Positions 63,021-64,000 of a DNA stretch of 64,000 nt are shown piece after piece. Under the pieces are notes generated by a model, which saw nothing but the letters and a program-made list of their open reading frames with translations, was not told where the DNA came from and made no database searches. The position numbers were made by a program, and so were the translations under genes. The stretch's first letter is position 1. Each line of letters begins with the position of its first letter. Origin of the DNA: Octopus sinensis (taxonomy: Eukaryota); assembly GCF_006345805.1 (NCBI RefSeq), contig NC_043024.1:2046001-2110000 (forward strand), in the 5' to 3' direction.

Positions 63021-64000
63021 CTAAAAAAAAAAAAAAATCAGACCATTTATTCCAAAATACCAAACATGAGAATGGAGGGTGTTGCTGAAGGGGTCACAGA
63101 CGTGTGATGAATGATTTCTGGACCTCAGTTAAAACAAGAACTGTAATAAATGAATGAAGAATGAATATATAATAAGTGTATGTTTTTTTTCCCACCCTTT
63201 TCAAGCCAAGCCCTTCTAAAGCCTAGCCAGGCTCATGGGCCTGGTTTCCCAGTTTCAATGGCATATGTGTCTTCTTATTTCTTTACTACCCACAAGGGGC
63301 TAAGGACAGACAAAGGGATTAAGTCGATTATATCAACCCCAGTGCGTAACTGGTATTTAATTTATTGACCCTGAAAGGATGAAAAGCAAAGTCGACCTCG
63401 GTGGAATTTGAACTCAGAACGTAACGGCAGATGAAATACCACTAAGCATTTCGCCCGGCATGCTACCGTTTCTGCCAGCTCACCGCCTTGGGCAAGTGTC
63501 TTTTACTATAGCCTCGGGCTATCCAAAGCCTTGTGAGTGGATTTGGTAGATAGAAACTGAAAGAAGCCCATTGTATGTGTGCGTGTATGTTTGTCCACCC
63601 ACCACCTCTTGACAACCAGTGTTGGTGTGTTTACGTCCCTGTAAGCTAGCGGTTCAGCAAAAGAGACTGACTGAATAAGTACCAGGCCTGAAAAAAATAA
63701 GTCCTGGGTGGGGGGGTCAATTTATTCAACTAAAAATTCAATGCGGTGCCCCAGCATGGCCACAGTGTAACAACTGAAACAAGTAAAAAGATAAAAGACG
63801 TAATATAAAGATTGGTTTCCAATATTTCCATAATCAAGAATTTGCATAAAAATCAACAAGTTCCCTTCATCTCTCTTTCTCCATCAGGCTATACCTACCT
63901 CGTCACATTCCGCCGAGGTCAACTTTGCCTTTCATCATTTCGGGGTCGATAAATAAAGTACCAGTTACGCACTGGGGTCGATGTAATCGACTTAATACCT

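Overview
This is repeat-saturated, AT-rich animal genomic DNA. The SINE families and microsatellite load look like an octopod cephalopod (Octopus sp.); that call is by recognition, not a database search. The one gene I can support is a divergent glutamate-cysteine ligase catalytic subunit (GCLC)-like gene on the minus strand. I reconstructed nine GT-AG exons (63020 to 50580; 1044 nt, 348 codons, phases consistent, no stops), equivalent to vertebrate GCLC exons 2-10. Exon 1 probably lies just beyond the right edge. The C-terminal exons were not found; a 7-kb satellite and a 100-N gap (41594-41693) lie where they should follow. The metal/ATP-side residues are kept, but several normally invariant substrate-pocket motifs are changed, which suggests a ligase with altered specificity or a pseudoenzyme. 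Its introns hold a sense-strand hammerhead ribozyme fold inside a long fold-back, a candidate poison exon, tRNA-headed SINEs with minimal hammerhead tails, and tandem arrays. The rest is SINEs, LINE 3' fragments (CR1/L2, RTE, R4-like), Tc1/mariner and Helitron-like relics, a solo LTR, minisatellites and microsatellites. Almost all ORF-track entries are simple-repeat artefacts. There is no CRISPR array, rRNA or genuine tRNA.
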